From Antedon mediterranea (lineage: Eukaryota; Animalia; Echinodermata): a stretch of 64,000 nt of DNA. The DNA lies in assembly GCF_964355755.1 (NCBI RefSeq), contig NC_092676.1, positions 17,130,871-17,194,870 of the forward strand, written 5' to 3'. Positions 11,749 through 25,137 of the stretch are shown here, piece by piece (the first letter of the stretch is position 1; each line of letters starts with the position of its first letter). The notes under the pieces were generated by a model, which was given only the letters and a program-made list of their open reading frames with translations, was not told the DNA's origin and ran no database searches. Position numbers and translations under genes: made by a program.

Positions 11749-14700
11749 GTAGGTCATGTATTTCAATATAAATGTTTAAATTTATTTTAAAAAGCTATAG
11801 ATAATATGTTGTATTTACACTGTATCTTATTTATGATTATTATCCCTCATAACATCTTCTCTTTATACCACTAACTCATCTGAGTCACTGACTGCATACA
11901 TGGTGGTATCAACTATCACAATTTTCTCCTCCCGATAAATTATTATAACAATTTTTAATTATATATAATTATAATATTGCATAGCCTATGTAAATACGAA
12001 AATGTGAAATGGCATTACTTCTAGATCTCTGTGGTCAAACATTGTGTAGGGACCCCTCGGGCCAGGGAAAATGTTATAGAGACATTTAACATGAGCTTTG
12101 TGAATGCAGTCAGGTGATCTTCAAAAATGGTTACAGTACTTCAATTACAATAATAATAGTAAATTTCTCAATGAAGAAGAATTAAGACAGAATTATTGTC
12201 GAAAACGACTCTCAATATACAAAATTTGTTTGTGAATTAATCCATTGATGTACTCCAGTGAACATCATCAATTTCAATGCTGAGTAAGGCCAAACTACAT
12301 AGAATATTGGTTATGTAATAATTATATTCCCCCAGAGCTGCATGCTTTGGGAAAATAATCCCTCAAGGAAACTATAATTTCCTTGGAGAATTTTATATAT
12401 ATGCTATGTCACTCTAGCAGGCAACTGTTTGATCTATACTTTTAATTTAATTTTTGTTATTATTTATTATACATACAGCAGAACATGATTCAAATAGTCT
12501 TACATCATTGCTATAATTTATTCACGATTTTAAAATTTTATTTATATATTATAATTTATAGCTAAATTTTGATACAAGAAAATCAATGTTACACACAGCC
12601 ATACATGCCTACAGTACTTCATCTTGGAAAAATGCCAACAAATTAAATATTTAATGCATAAAAAATAAATAAATTCATTGAACATATTTATGAAAATCAA
12701 CAAACAAAAGAAATAAATCATATTTATCTTTTCAGTTGTGTAAAATGTAATAATAATTATGATTTACTAGTAGTTGCAGTGTCCTTTGTTCTAGTTGTCT
12801 GATTGCAAAGCAGAAAATTTCTCCCTGTGGGCTTTTACGATTTGCATGTGACTTAGTGTGGATAACCGATATTAAATATTCATAAATAATTAATGAATTC
12901 ACAAACAGTTATGTAATACAACTATATATTGTATTTATTTTGTTATTGTTTTGAATTTGCTTGATGAGGTGAAAAGGTTATGACATCAAACATAGTAAAT
13001 GTAATGACCTGGCGATTTACTGACGCTAGATATTGTGATTATTATCATAATAAAATCACTGCTACAAAGCAGTTAAGATAAAGAGTTCAAAGGTGTTGAG
13101 ATGAGGAGAACACATTATTTTAATTAGATGGCTATGTATTTTTAAGAGATTAGTTTCTTTTCTTCTTTAAATTGTGTTTATATTTGTATTTATATTTATT
13201 TCTATTTTTACCATAATAATTATCATCAGTAGTTACGTCTCTTGTCTTTCCAATATTTTATTTCCTCTGTTATATGCAGAATATTTTCATGTTTGTCTGT
13301 TACATTTTGGGAAACTGCCTCCTGATATTAAGATTTTAATGTGTGATATTGTATATATTAACTCATTTATTATGCTAGGAAAGCCTATCTGTTATATTTT
13401 TTGTATTTCAAAATTAGGATATATTGTAGTAAAATAAGTATTCCTCTTTCTCAATTGCGTACAATTTTTAAAGAATACTCATTCTTTCCCTCTCCATCTC
13501 AAAAGATCTTAAGTATGGACACACAGAAATTAATACTACAAAATACACACAAAATTATAATTTGGCCGTCAATTATTGGAAACCCCTGGCAAAATGCAAG
13601 AATTAGGGACAAAATCAATGACCTACACCATTAAAAGTCTAGAACTAGAATATTCTGCCAAATTAAAAAATCATTTTGTGCATGCTTAAAAACATGTGCA
13701 TATGCACAGAACGACAATTTGATGTGATACTGACATTTTATATTACGGCACCCCTTTTTTTTTTAGATTACTGAAATTTGCTGCACATTCAACCATTTTG
13801 TGTTCAACCGATTTTATATTGGCTTGATTATAGGCGTTAACAGAAAAAATGGATTAAAATTTGTTTGAGGCATTTTATATCTTAGAATCTTTGTGTAGGA
13901 CTGTGAAAGAAAGATTACATCAAGAAGAAAATTATCTTATATGTTACTTCAAGAAAATGAAAGATGATGAGTTTTGACATATGTCAGAATCATGAGAAAT
14001 TGTTGGTGATACGTATTGGAACTTGTCACATAAGTGTAATCAAATGCAGATACAAAATCATGAGCTGTTTGTAGTGTCCTGTAGTGTGATAGAATCTAAC
14101 AATCTTAAAAATGACAACTTTGAGTACACTTTTTGTTTCACTGTGGCTAGAAATACTACCGTATCAAATCTTCTAGCTGCTAAATGTTTGGTAAATAGCT
14201 TTAGATAGCTTTGGTAAAAAAAAAAATGGCCTCAATACAATTGAGATTTTTCGAAAAATTTGATCTAAGCACAGTTGGATAATGGAGGTGTCATGTCAAT
14301 CACTACACCTTCAGCAGCCAGCTTTCTACAGTGCTAATAGCTACCCATATCATAGATCTAACAGGGATCTAACCTCATGGAAGCTTATGCAAAGTTTGAG
14401 GAAATTCCCAGTTTCTTTTATAACAGAGAGACTCTAACACACATAGAGCAATATTCTTGCTTCTCAAGTCAAAATCTTCCTATCAAAAACCAATTATCTT
14501 AAAATATTTTACCTTAACCCAACTTTGGCATTTACAGCAGACAAATAGATAATACTATAACACTTTAAATATAAAATCAATTCCAGTTTTATTTATCTCT
14601 CCTTACTTTGGCAATTAATCATTTCTTAGCATATTACAAATTTCAAAACACATCATTGTTCCTATTACATTATTTTTCTGGAGATTAAGATAAATCATAC

Positions 14701-14968
14701 TAACCAATCAATATTTCACACTTTAAAAAAAAAAATTTAACTAGTTGAATACAATAATCACACATTATCATGTATTTTTTTCCTTTTAATTAACTAACAT
14801 ACCAGTTTGATGAGTTGAATATATAGTTAATAATATTTGGAAAGTTTGTTCAACAGCATAAAAAACATAAAAACGCAGAATAAACAAAAATATAGGCCTG
14901 ATTGTTATATTCATTAAAATGAGAAGGGAAAATGTATATATTTATGGAGTATTTGGTCCTGATTTGAT

Positions 14969-16610
14969 GGTGCATCTTCTTGCTTCTTTTGGCAGCACAT
15001 CTTCTTGCTTCTTTTGGCAGCGCATCTTCTTGCTTCTTTTGGCAGCGCATATTCTTGCCTCTTTTGGCAGCGCATATTCTTGCCTCTTTTGGCAGAACAT
15101 CTTCTTGCTTTTTTTGGCAGCACATTTCTTGCTTCTTTTGCCAGTGCATCTTCTTGCTTTTTTTTGGCAGTGCATCTTCTTGCTTCTTTTGGCAGCGCAT
15201 CTTCTTGCTTCTTATGGCAGCGCATCTTCTTGCTTCTTTTGGCAGTGCATCTTCTGCTTCTTTTGGCAGCACATCTTCTTGCTTCTTTTGGCAGTGCATC
15301 TTCTTGCTTCTTTTGGCAGCACATCTTCTTGCTTTTTTTGGCAGCGCATCTTCGTGCTTCTTTTGGCAGCACATCTTCTTGTTGCTTTTGGCAGCACTTC
15401 TTCGTGCTTCTTTTGGTAGTGCATCTTCTTTCTTCTTTTGGCAGCACATCTTGTTGCTTCTTTTGGCAGGACATCTTGTTGCTTCTTTTGGCAGTGCATC
15501 TTCTTGCTTCTTTTGCCAGCACATCTTCTTGCTTCTTTGGCAGTGCATCTTCTTACTTCTTTTGGCAGCACATCTTCTTGCTTTTTTTGGCAGCGCATCT
15601 TCTTGCTTCTTTTGGCAGCACATCTTCTTACTTCTTTTGGCAGCGCATCTTCTTGCTTCTTTTGGCAGTACATCTTCTTGCTTTTTTTGGCAGCGCATCT
15701 TTGTGCTTCTTTTGGCAGCACATCTTCTTGTTGCTTTTGGCAGCACTTCTTCGTGCTTCTTTTGGCAGCACATCTTCTTGCTTCTTTTGGCAGCACATCT
15801 TGTTGCTTCTTTTGGCAGCACATCTTCTTGCTTCTTTTGGCAGTGCATCCTCTTGTTTCTTTTGGCAGTGCATCTTCTTTCTTCTTTTGGCAGCACATCT
15901 TCTTGCTTCTTTTGGCAGTGCATCTTCTTTCTTCTTTTGGCAGTGCATCTTCTTGCTTCTTTTGGCAGCACATCTTCTTTTGGCAGCACATCTTGCTTCT
16001 TTTGGCAGCACATCTTGTTGCTTCTTTTGGCAGCACATCTTCTTGCTTCTTTTGGCAGTGCATCTTCTTGCTTCTTTTGGCAGTGCATCTTCTTGCTTCT
16101 TTTGGCAGTGCATCTTCTTGCTTCTTTTGGCAGTGCATCTTCTTTCTTCTTTTGGCAGTGCATCTTCTTGCTTCTTTTGGCAGCACATCTTCTTTCTTCT
16201 TTTGGCAGCACATCTTTTTGCTTCTTTTGGCAGCACATCTTCTTGCTTCTTTTGGCAGTGCATCTTCTTGCTTCTTTTGGCAGTGCATCTTCTTGCTTCT
16301 TTTGGCAGCGCATCTTCTTGCTTCTTTTGGCAGCGCATCTTCTTGCTTCTTTTGGCAGCGCATCTTCTTGCTTCTTTTGGCAGCGCATCTTCTTGCTTCT
16401 TTTGGCAGTGCATCTTCTTGCTTCTTTTGGCAGTGCATCTTCTTTCTTCTTTTGGCAGCGCATCTTCTTTCTTCTTTTGGCAGCGCATCTTCTTGCTTCT
16501 TTTGGCAGTGCATCTTCTTGCCTCTTTTGGCAGTGCATCTTCTTTCTTCTTTTGGCAGTGCATCTTCTTGCTTCTTTTGGCAGTGCATCTTCTTGCTTCT
16601 TTTAGCATCT
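14969..16610. repeat. 25-bp tandem repeat (ggcagtgcatcttcttgcttctttt)n, about 65 copies, intronic
   Basis: Read directly; explains all overlapping long ORFs at 14850-16636. Confidence 0.98.
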
Positions 16611-17095
16611 TACAGTATGTCTTAACCTTCCGTTAGGTCACATTTGATCCATTTCCATGTTTTTAATTTACTGATATGTTAATAACGTTTGTTCCTAAAA
16701 TATGATTTTCAATTGGGCAAATACTAAAGGCTGATTAGTGAGCGCCATATGTACAATATTTCTCGGCCAATTAACTATTCAACCAAAAATACCATTGTTT
16801 AATTTATTATGTGATTGATCAATGGTATATGAATGTATATATAGGTCAGGGATATAGATACTTTTGTGTTTAATCTGAAAATTGTATGTGCATAAATCAT
16901 ATTAGCTAATATATGCTGAAAATGTATCAGGTGCAGTTTATGTATGATTAATATATTAGTTTTTTAAATGTTAAACTTTTTTTCACATTCTATTGCTAAT
17001 AAATATATTTAAATTCAACAATTGTAGTATTTTTTGTTTGTTTTATAATGTTTTGTCCAACTACTGTAATTATTCAAATATTATTTTATTTTCAG

Positions 17096-17185
17096 AAACT
17101 CCACCATCTGCTCAGAGGAAATCCTCGTTTTTCTCCTTGTTTGGCCGAAGAGCAAGAAGCCAAACACAGGCACAATGCCAAAAAG
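17096..17185 (+). CDS. SASH1: SASH1-like exon: (E)TPPSAQRKSSFFSLFGRRARSQTQAQCQK
   Basis: ttttcag| ... aag|gtgaac, 90 nt, phase 1-1; lies within ORF 16993..17340. Confidence 0.8.
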
Positions 17186-18003
17186 GTGAACAAATTAATT
17201 TTTACTCTAAAGTTTTAATCTATTTTTTCTGGTTTTGTATTTGTTGCACTTTTGTTCAGTCCAACACGCAGATTATTATAGTACATAAAAACATGGACTT
17301 GATGTTTCTTAATAACATGCCCCTACCCATGTCATTTTAAACAACCAATTATCTACCTTTATAATAGTGTGACTGTTTGAACTATAACTGGGGTAACCCC
17401 ATTACTCATCACAAAAGACAAGTATGAAGACAAGTACACAAGAAACAACTATGCTAAATTAATAAAATAGATTTAAATAAAGAACACACTGTCATACCAG
17501 AATGAAATCGTTTGGTTTAGATCATTTTTTTTATTATCATTAAATGATGTTGTCGTCACTGTAGCGTCAATGTTCGATTAATGTTGTACATTAAACATAC
17601 TTGTTTTCAAGTTTCAAGCTTATTACGTCATCAGCATATTGGTAGATTATCCTTCATAAATTGTTGTCTACTTTCATACTATGAAGTAATGTTTGGTCAA
17701 TTATTAACAAGAATACTAAGCTACCATATGCATGTAGTTCAACATAGGAATAACAAAATAAACAATTACAGCTGTCAAATTATAATGTAATCTCTCATTC
17801 TGCCTTGTTTTCATGAAATAATGTTTGAAATATCTTTTTGTCAGCTTTTAATGTTTAACCGCAAAACTTCTGTGCACAAAACATGGAAAGTACATCCTAT
17901 GAGAAATAACATAACTTCTTTCATGGCTTTAGTCAAATCACATAATTATATAAACATCATCTTGAGAAGTCAATAAGATGTATTAGTGTAATGTAAAACT
18001 GTC

Positions 18004-18152
18004 TAGGTCTTACTAGAGACCCAACACAAGGATGTTAAAAAACGTAAGTGATGACCAATCATAAGCGATGGATTATTCAAACGTCATTGGTCAACTTGCT
18101 TGTGTTGATTAAATCTACATCTTTGTTTTGCATCTCTAGTGGGAACCAAGAT
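18004..18152. mobile_element. degenerate MITE, same family as 36338-36516
   Basis: Shares gaccaatca(c/t)aagcgatgg, cattggtcaa and terminal ctagtgggaaccaag. Confidence 0.65.
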
Positions 18153-19727
18153 TAAAAATGAGTAAAGATTCATCTGCTGTAGATGAACACCTGAGTAGAA
18201 TCTTGATTGGACAATATTAGGTCACATGGCATTTGTTAATATTCCACAAATGACAAAATTTTTTTGGTAATATCACATTTTGATTGACATTCAGTACTGT
18301 TTCTGAGCATGTGCAGATATCTGATTCGGTGATAAAAATGCTATAAGAAATATTTATTAGTAAATTGTTTATTCGTTTAGTGTCTACTATAATAATTTTT
18401 TTTAAATTCCATGCACTGCAGAAAACACTTTTTTCTATTTACAATCTGACACCAAAGTACATACACGGTTCACCATTAAGCAGAAGTAGATTTTTGTATT
18501 TAAATTCATCCATGGTAGAAAGCATCCACTGTGATAAATTTCTACGAGAATAGTAAACAATAGTAAATTTGACTAATTAAATTAAACAAATTAGTGGAAG
18601 TGTATTGTATATGTAAACATGTCACCATTAAGTAGAGCAATGATTCTCCTAGGCATGTTGTTTATGCTCTCTTTCATCTAATTTACCTTGTTAATTATAT
18701 CTGATCAATTTTATTGAAGGTAACGCATGGTCGATGAGCACTTTGGTCTATGATACAAAATGTCAACAATTGTTTGTGTTTCTATCTTCAGATGGGCTCT
18801 CTAGGGTGCTTGTTTGAGTGGGCTTTATGAAATTATTAGCTCGGAAACACGACATCAGAGAAATTTGAAAAACTTGTTTTTAAATTAAACAATTTGTAAC
18901 AAGAATCAAACCCTAGAATTGTGCATAATCGATTACAGTACAAATTATATTTTGTGTATAAATTTGATATATAGAAAAATATTGACATCTTTGAGGATTT
19001 GAGACTATTGAAATCCAAAATGGTATGTTCAGACGCACATCATATTTGTTTCTTATCTTGTATACTTACAAGGTGTACAGAAATCGTTTTGCATTTAATT
19101 AAGTCAACGTGCAGAAACATTGATCAAAATGTCTTATGGTTAGTAGTAGTTTACTGAGCTGACACAGTCCGGTGCAAAAGTTACATCATAGGCCTATTTA
19201 CTGTTTTTTTTTTTATAAATATTACCTTCAAATTTACTGTTTTTTTTTGTACAAAAAATATGTACGTCATATACATAATGCTACCTTAATGCTGTGAACC
19301 TGATATGCTATGCATTTTCTATACACCGATATTATACCATCATACTGTGGTGAAATAAGTATATGCTGTCTTGTTTTCTTCTATTTCTCCATGATTTTAC
19401 AGTAATTTATTAAGTATTAAATTTCAAATACAATCTAATGCTGATTTTCATAATAGATGTTCATTCTGTAGAACTTCTTTATTTTTGCTGTTATTTGGTC
19501 ACTTTGATGATTATGTATGGTGTTGTGTTTCATTGTCAGTAGTATGATAGTTATATCAAAATAAATGGGTTATAAGCTAGGCCATATAGATTGTAATTAA
19601 ACTTGATACTCAGTAAATTAATATTAGTGAAAGAGGCCCTTCATTTTGAAATTAAGTTTTTTTTTTTAAATCTAATTAGCTTATTGAAGCATGGATCTAA
19701 AAATATTATTTTTATAGATATTTATGT

Positions 19728-20245
19728 TATCTTGTAGATTCAATCTTATGCAACCTTGTAGATTCAAACAATCTTTGGGATTCAATCTTGGTGATTCAAT
19801 CTTGTGGAATTTAATCTTATAAATTGAATCTTGTAGATTCAATCTTGTAGATTCAATCTTGTAGATTCAATCTTGTATATTCAATCTTGTAGATTCAATC
19901 TTGTAGATTCAATCTTGTAGATTCAATCTTGTAGATTCAATCTTGTAGATTTAATCTTGTAGATTAAAACTTTTGGATTCAATCTTGTAGATTAAAACTT
20001 TTAGATTCAATTTTGTAGATTAAACTTTTGTTTTAGATTGGATTCAGAAGATTGAATCCAATCTTTTGGAATTTAATCCTGTGGATTCAATCTTTTAAAT
20101 TTAATCTTGTAGATTAAAACTTTTGGATTCGATCCTATAAATTTAATCTTGAAAATGTAATCTTGTAGATTCAATCTAGTAGATTCAAACTTGCAAATCA
20201 TGTATATTCAAGTTTGTAGATTCAATGATCTTATAAATTCAATCC
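19728..20245. repeat. 14-bp tandem repeat (aatcttgtagattc)n
   Basis: Near-perfect core at 19828-19960 with degenerate flanks. Confidence 0.95.
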
Positions 20246-20319
20246 AAGGTAATCTTTAAAATGCAATCCTTTTATTTTCTAGTCTATTTGTTGTAGATAA
20301 TTACTTTACTAAAAAAATT

Positions 20320-20441
20320 CAGCAGAACGTTCAGCTGTTCAACGCCTGTGTTTTGAACTCTGGAGTAGTGTTTGATTTTATCTTTCATACCAAAACACCG
20401 GGATCTCAACTCCGGAGTTTTGTTTTGGTGTGAAAGGGGTA
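20320..20441 (-). mobile_element. truncated inverted copy of the MITE at 32444-33017
   Basis: Reverse complement of its left ~140 bp, including terminal ttttggtgtgaaaggggta. Confidence 0.75.
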
Positions 20442-21263
20442 CCTCTAAATTAAGGGTGCGTCTTATACACCGAACATAAATGCCTCCCCACACAGATTGT
20501 ACATAATCGTCACCTTGTTGGCGCAGCTAGACATAGCCTAGGCCTGAGTAGGTTAGGCCTAGGCTAAGCTACAGTGTACTAACGTAACGGCAACCTGCTT
20601 CTGCCTAGTTTTCAAGGCAGGATTTTTAGCGTGATGTTATACTAAATATGATGAAAAGATTTGTTCATTATAGAGCTGTTTTTGCCGCTCCGATAAAATT
20701 TCATTTGTAAACGTTTACGATTGGAATGTATTTAATTATAGTTATATGCACGATCGCCGACTGCCGTACCCCTAGCCTAGCGCAAGCCCTTCTTGGCGGC
20801 AACATGGTGTACGGTATTCGACTAGTATATTCTCCAGTTGATTATAGCATGGACCTAGCGTATACACTTCTCGGATACATAGATACTAATCGAATACGAT
20901 TGTCCGTGAAAACGTGCGCCCTCTCGAAATGATCGAGCGAGGCTAGCCCACACACGTGCGTGTTACACACACGGTCATTCACTCGATGTTGCGGGTGCGA
21001 AACTCATGAATAACAAGTTAGAAAGAACTTGTTGAGGCTGGGCGCGACCGAGCCTAGGTAAGAAAAAACCTAAATAAAGACTCCGTTGTAGATACAACAA
21101 AATATACTATTACAATAATATTGATTACAATTTAAAAAAACATTGTTTTGATGAAATATAAAGTGCGTCTTATACATCGACGATATAAAAAATACCGATA
21201 TTTTACTCTCAGTTAGGGGGTGCGTCTTATACACAGGTGCGACTTATACACCGAAATATACGG
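20442..21263. mobile_element. Tc1/mariner-pogo-type non-autonomous element, left end lost
   Basis: Right terminus ggtgcgtcttatacacaggtgcgacttatacaccgaaatatacgg|ta; repeated gtgcgtcttatacac motif at ~20455, ~21163, ~21220; GC-richer than flanks. Confidence 0.65.
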
Positions 21264-22776
21264 TATATGACTCAAGGAATATTTCAAAATATAATACATA
21301 TACGGTACATTTAATTGAAGTACAGTATTCTACACTGAAGAAATATTGTAAAAAAGTACTGTATTCAATTTTAAAGGGAGATGTATCATGTGATAAAGCA
21401 AATTATTTTGATCCAATCAAATCCTCTGTAGATGAGTAAGTACAGTATTTTATTGTGCGAGCTAAAACATTGAACACAGTATGTGAATCGCCATTTGCAT
21501 GGTATCAAGGGATTGAAAAATTCTTGAATGCCATTCATAGCTGCTATATACAAATTCACATTAGCATTCTGCGCACTCGACATACTGATAATTATTATTC
21601 AGAAAGCCTTTTCCATTATTGATTAAACAGGATTTGATCGGTTCAACCCATGGTTTTTTCCGTCTGTTTATCGAAAGCAGTTCATAGCAGATCACGTTAC
21701 CGTGGAAATGAAATAATATGGAAATCTAACACTATGTAAACTAACGTTTCATGGGATCGAATGTTTCGTTATTTGCACTTTATGTTTAAAATTACGATGA
21801 AGAACAACGCAACATGAGTAATTCCTAGCATAGTATTGGCCAAAATATATTGTCGGAATTTCTCATTCATGTAAAAATTCTCACAAAAAACACTTTGAAT
21901 TCATGAAAAACAACATATTTCTTATGTGGACTAAATTTGAACCAGTTCAGTTGTAAACTGTTTTCCAAAAATTATCCATAATTTTTAAAGATAATCAATA
22001 TCTTCTATATTAATATTGAGCAATGGTCTTGTATATAATTAATAGCTTACAGTATCTATCCTAAAATACCTTATTTATTATTTTAATATTTTATACACAA
22101 TTTGAATATACACACGTAACTATGACATACATTTCACGAGGTACTCTCAACTCAATGACCTAAAAGGAAGAAAACAAAGAGTCTTGAAAATTGATCATTA
22201 ATTTGGATGCATCTTAACAGCTCTTAATAACTCATTGAATACCTCATCGAGTCTGGCTTAGACACATTTCCTGGGTCTTAACATAGAAATAATTAAGCTG
22301 TTACCACGCACGCACGCATTAAAACACATCAAATCCATGCGGACTAGACACGATGAACAAACAGAAGGATTAACGACCTCAAAGTATCAGTTTCTATCAT
22401 CGTCACCTAATTATTTTCATTACACATCACTGACCAGTCACCTGGTCATCTTTAAAGTAGTGATCAATATCGGTCATTTCTGGACATTTACCTGGAAATA
22501 TTGATCCCTTGTCCGAATTACTATATCTTCCTTCTTCTCTAGCCTGGCTTAAAAGTATTCGGCAAGATTATTTTTAGTTTAAAATATGTAATAATAAAAA
22601 GTTTTCTGTAGAATTCATAAATTTGGTTTCATTGTATTGTTAATTAACTAATAATTAACACTTTTAAGAGAATCTTTTGACACCAATTGGGCATAAATAC
22701 ATAAAATCGAGCTCATTACATTGAATGAAAACAGGCTATTAAAACATCCTGAGTAGATTCTTTTTCTGGAACGAAC

Positions 22777-23169
22777 TGGCTGCCTCTACGCCTAGTCGTA
22801 AATCTAATCCTAGATTCTATATTTACACTGATATCGTGCCCCCCTATAGTTTTTAATAAAATACTAATATGTTATGATATCGGTTGTAAGCCAGCTGGAT
22901 GGCTGAATGGGTAGTACCTGCAGGGTCTTACAATTTAATGCTGTGCGTTAGGGTAGGTTTCGAAACTCGTTTTTGGGATTTTTTACATTTTTGTTTTACT
23001 CACCATCTTCTTTATTGACCATCGTCTTTTCTCATAATTTTCCTAGAGGAATATTTTTTGTTAGGTTACAAGGGCCGCAGGCCCGAGAAAGCGGTCCTTG
23101 GCCCGACCGGGTCAATAGCCGTAGATATAGAATCTAGCTTGGATCTACAACTAGGCGTAGATGCAGCCA
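22777..23169. mobile_element. inverted-repeat element (~47-bp arms) enclosing a tRNA-like segment
   Basis: tggctgcctctacgcctagtcgtaaatctaatcctagattctatat pairs with atatagaatctagcttggatctacaactaggcgtagatgcagcca. Confidence 0.65.
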
Positions 23170-23571
23170 CTGCGTTTTTTTTATGCGATTTGAGGATTGT
23201 GGGTCACATAATATTCAAACTGCTCCAATGTACTGTTAGGCCTACATCATTGAGTGCAATTTTGTTATATGCAAGTGCAATTCTGTTCAAATATAACTTA
23301 AATATTACTTATATTTATGATTATTGAATACTCTTGTAACTTTTTTTTTTCTTTTAATAGGCCTATAAACCAATTAATGTTATGCATAACCCCTCCTATA
23401 GTCATAAAAAACGGTCATGCACAGACTTTTGGTAGATGTGACAAATGTGTAATCATGTGTGTTTTTGTGCAAAGTTTGTGGATGACCATATCAAATGTAT
23501 GGACCATCAAATTGTTTTTTAATGAACTTCATTCCAAAGTGGTCTTTATTTTATATATTTATATTTTTCAG

Positions 23572-23675
23572 ATACATTCCGTGCAAATGAGAGTACAATG
23601 ACTGAAGCAGATATATTGAAACTTCTAAATGATGTCAAGGAAGGTCGACTGTCGCAAGAGGATGCTTGGGAAAAG
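23572..23675 (+). CDS. SASH1: SASH1-like exon: (D)TFRANESTMTEADILKLLNDVKEGRLSQEDAWEK
   Basis: tttttcag| ... aag|gtataa, 104 nt, phase 1-0. Resembles recalled SASH1 [26 protein letters not shown]. Confidence 0.87.
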
Positions 23676-25137
23676 GTATAAAGTTCAAATAATCTTTGCA
23701 CATTCTTATTACTGTATCAAGCGTAGGCCTCCTGTACCCACATGATTCAATTAGGAGCTTACCTTTGACCTTGATGACCTAACTCATTCATTCTTATACT
23801 AAGTTGCACCCACCTACCAAGTTTGAAGACTGGAATAAAGACGGACAGACACGTAAAGATTTGGTAAAATATAGTAAAATGATGTGCTACAGTTCAGACA
23901 AATCCTACCAATTTAAGATAACTATAGTGGTTATCATAATTAACCTAAGTTACGTTTTGTCCAATGTGCTTGATCTGTCTCCCTCTCTTTTGCTGGATTT
24001 ATCGTGATGTGGTTTCCCGATTAATCGTACGATCAAAACGGTACTGGGTATGATCAACTAGCGTTCGTGTTATTTATTCATGGAATCATTGTTGCCAGTA
24101 GGTTTTGAACCAACCACCCCCCCCCCCTCTTTTCATTTTAAGTGCCCTTTTTAAAACTAAAGACCAGCAGTGGAATAATGTTACAACAATGCCTGAACTA
24201 AAATAGCCTAGATCAGAATTGTTTCCCATTTTATCAAGCTTAATGTGTTATATTATTATGATATATCCAATTGGGATGCATAGTTTGGAACCTTTTGTAC
24301 CAATACTCATGCTGTTTGCGTTAGGACACCTTCTAATTCCTTTGTTTAGGCTAGCGATTTTCTATGAAACATACACCCTATACATTTTAATGTAAACATG
24401 CACTCAGTAATTCTGGGCAATAGTTAGTTGCTTCTCGCACGTTCATGCAACAGAGAGGGCAAAAACACCCGTTACATCCTTAGTAAGTAATATTAGTAAT
24501 TGTATATATTATGATAAATATGTGGTTGAATAAACTTGACCAGAAATGAATAATACTTTGAATACAGCCTTTCAGGATAGGTTTATTTATATTCACGTCA
24601 TGCTCCAGATTGTGAACTATTAAAAGCGTAAACATTTCAAGATATATTAACGATTTTTGAACTTCAATTTGAGAGCGACGTCCATTATGCTTATCATTAT
24701 TAATAAACCGTTCGCTCATTCATCTGTATTTCGTCCATTGTACCTCAGGGAAACTCTTATATCAACTTTTTTTATGTCCAGTGAAGATTCATTTCGTTTA
24801 ATTAGTTGAGATGTCCAAGGGTTATTTACACATTCCATCTATTTACTCGTAATCCGTCTTTGTCACAATTGCCTGATTTTGCCAATATGTTGTTCAATTA
24901 ACCAAACCGAACTGATGTTACATTGATAAATGATTCCATGATTTTTATTCATCAACAATCCTCTGTCGGTCTGTTTATGATGTTACATCTGAAACAAAGA
25001 GGGCACTATTTACATTGGTACGGTAATTGGTAACAGAGCTGTATATATTTAACAGTTATAACATTTGAATGATAAGATGCTGTTTGACACAAAATGAAGA
25101 TGTCTGTGCACTGCCAACATTTGCCAAATTCTTATGA

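Noticed and set aside
14969-16610. CRISPR-like array
   Set aside because: Units are head-to-tail with no unique spacers, there are no cas genes, and the context is eukaryotic.
14850-16636. Nine long overlapping ORFs (up to 562 aa) on both strands
   Set aside because: All arise from a stop-free 25-bp tandem repeat inside an intron; there is no unique coding sequence.
18792-19022. Possible exon (ttcag|atggg...aaatg|gtatgt)
   Set aside because: Stops occur in the phase needed to join 17185 and 23572; no SASH1-like sequence.
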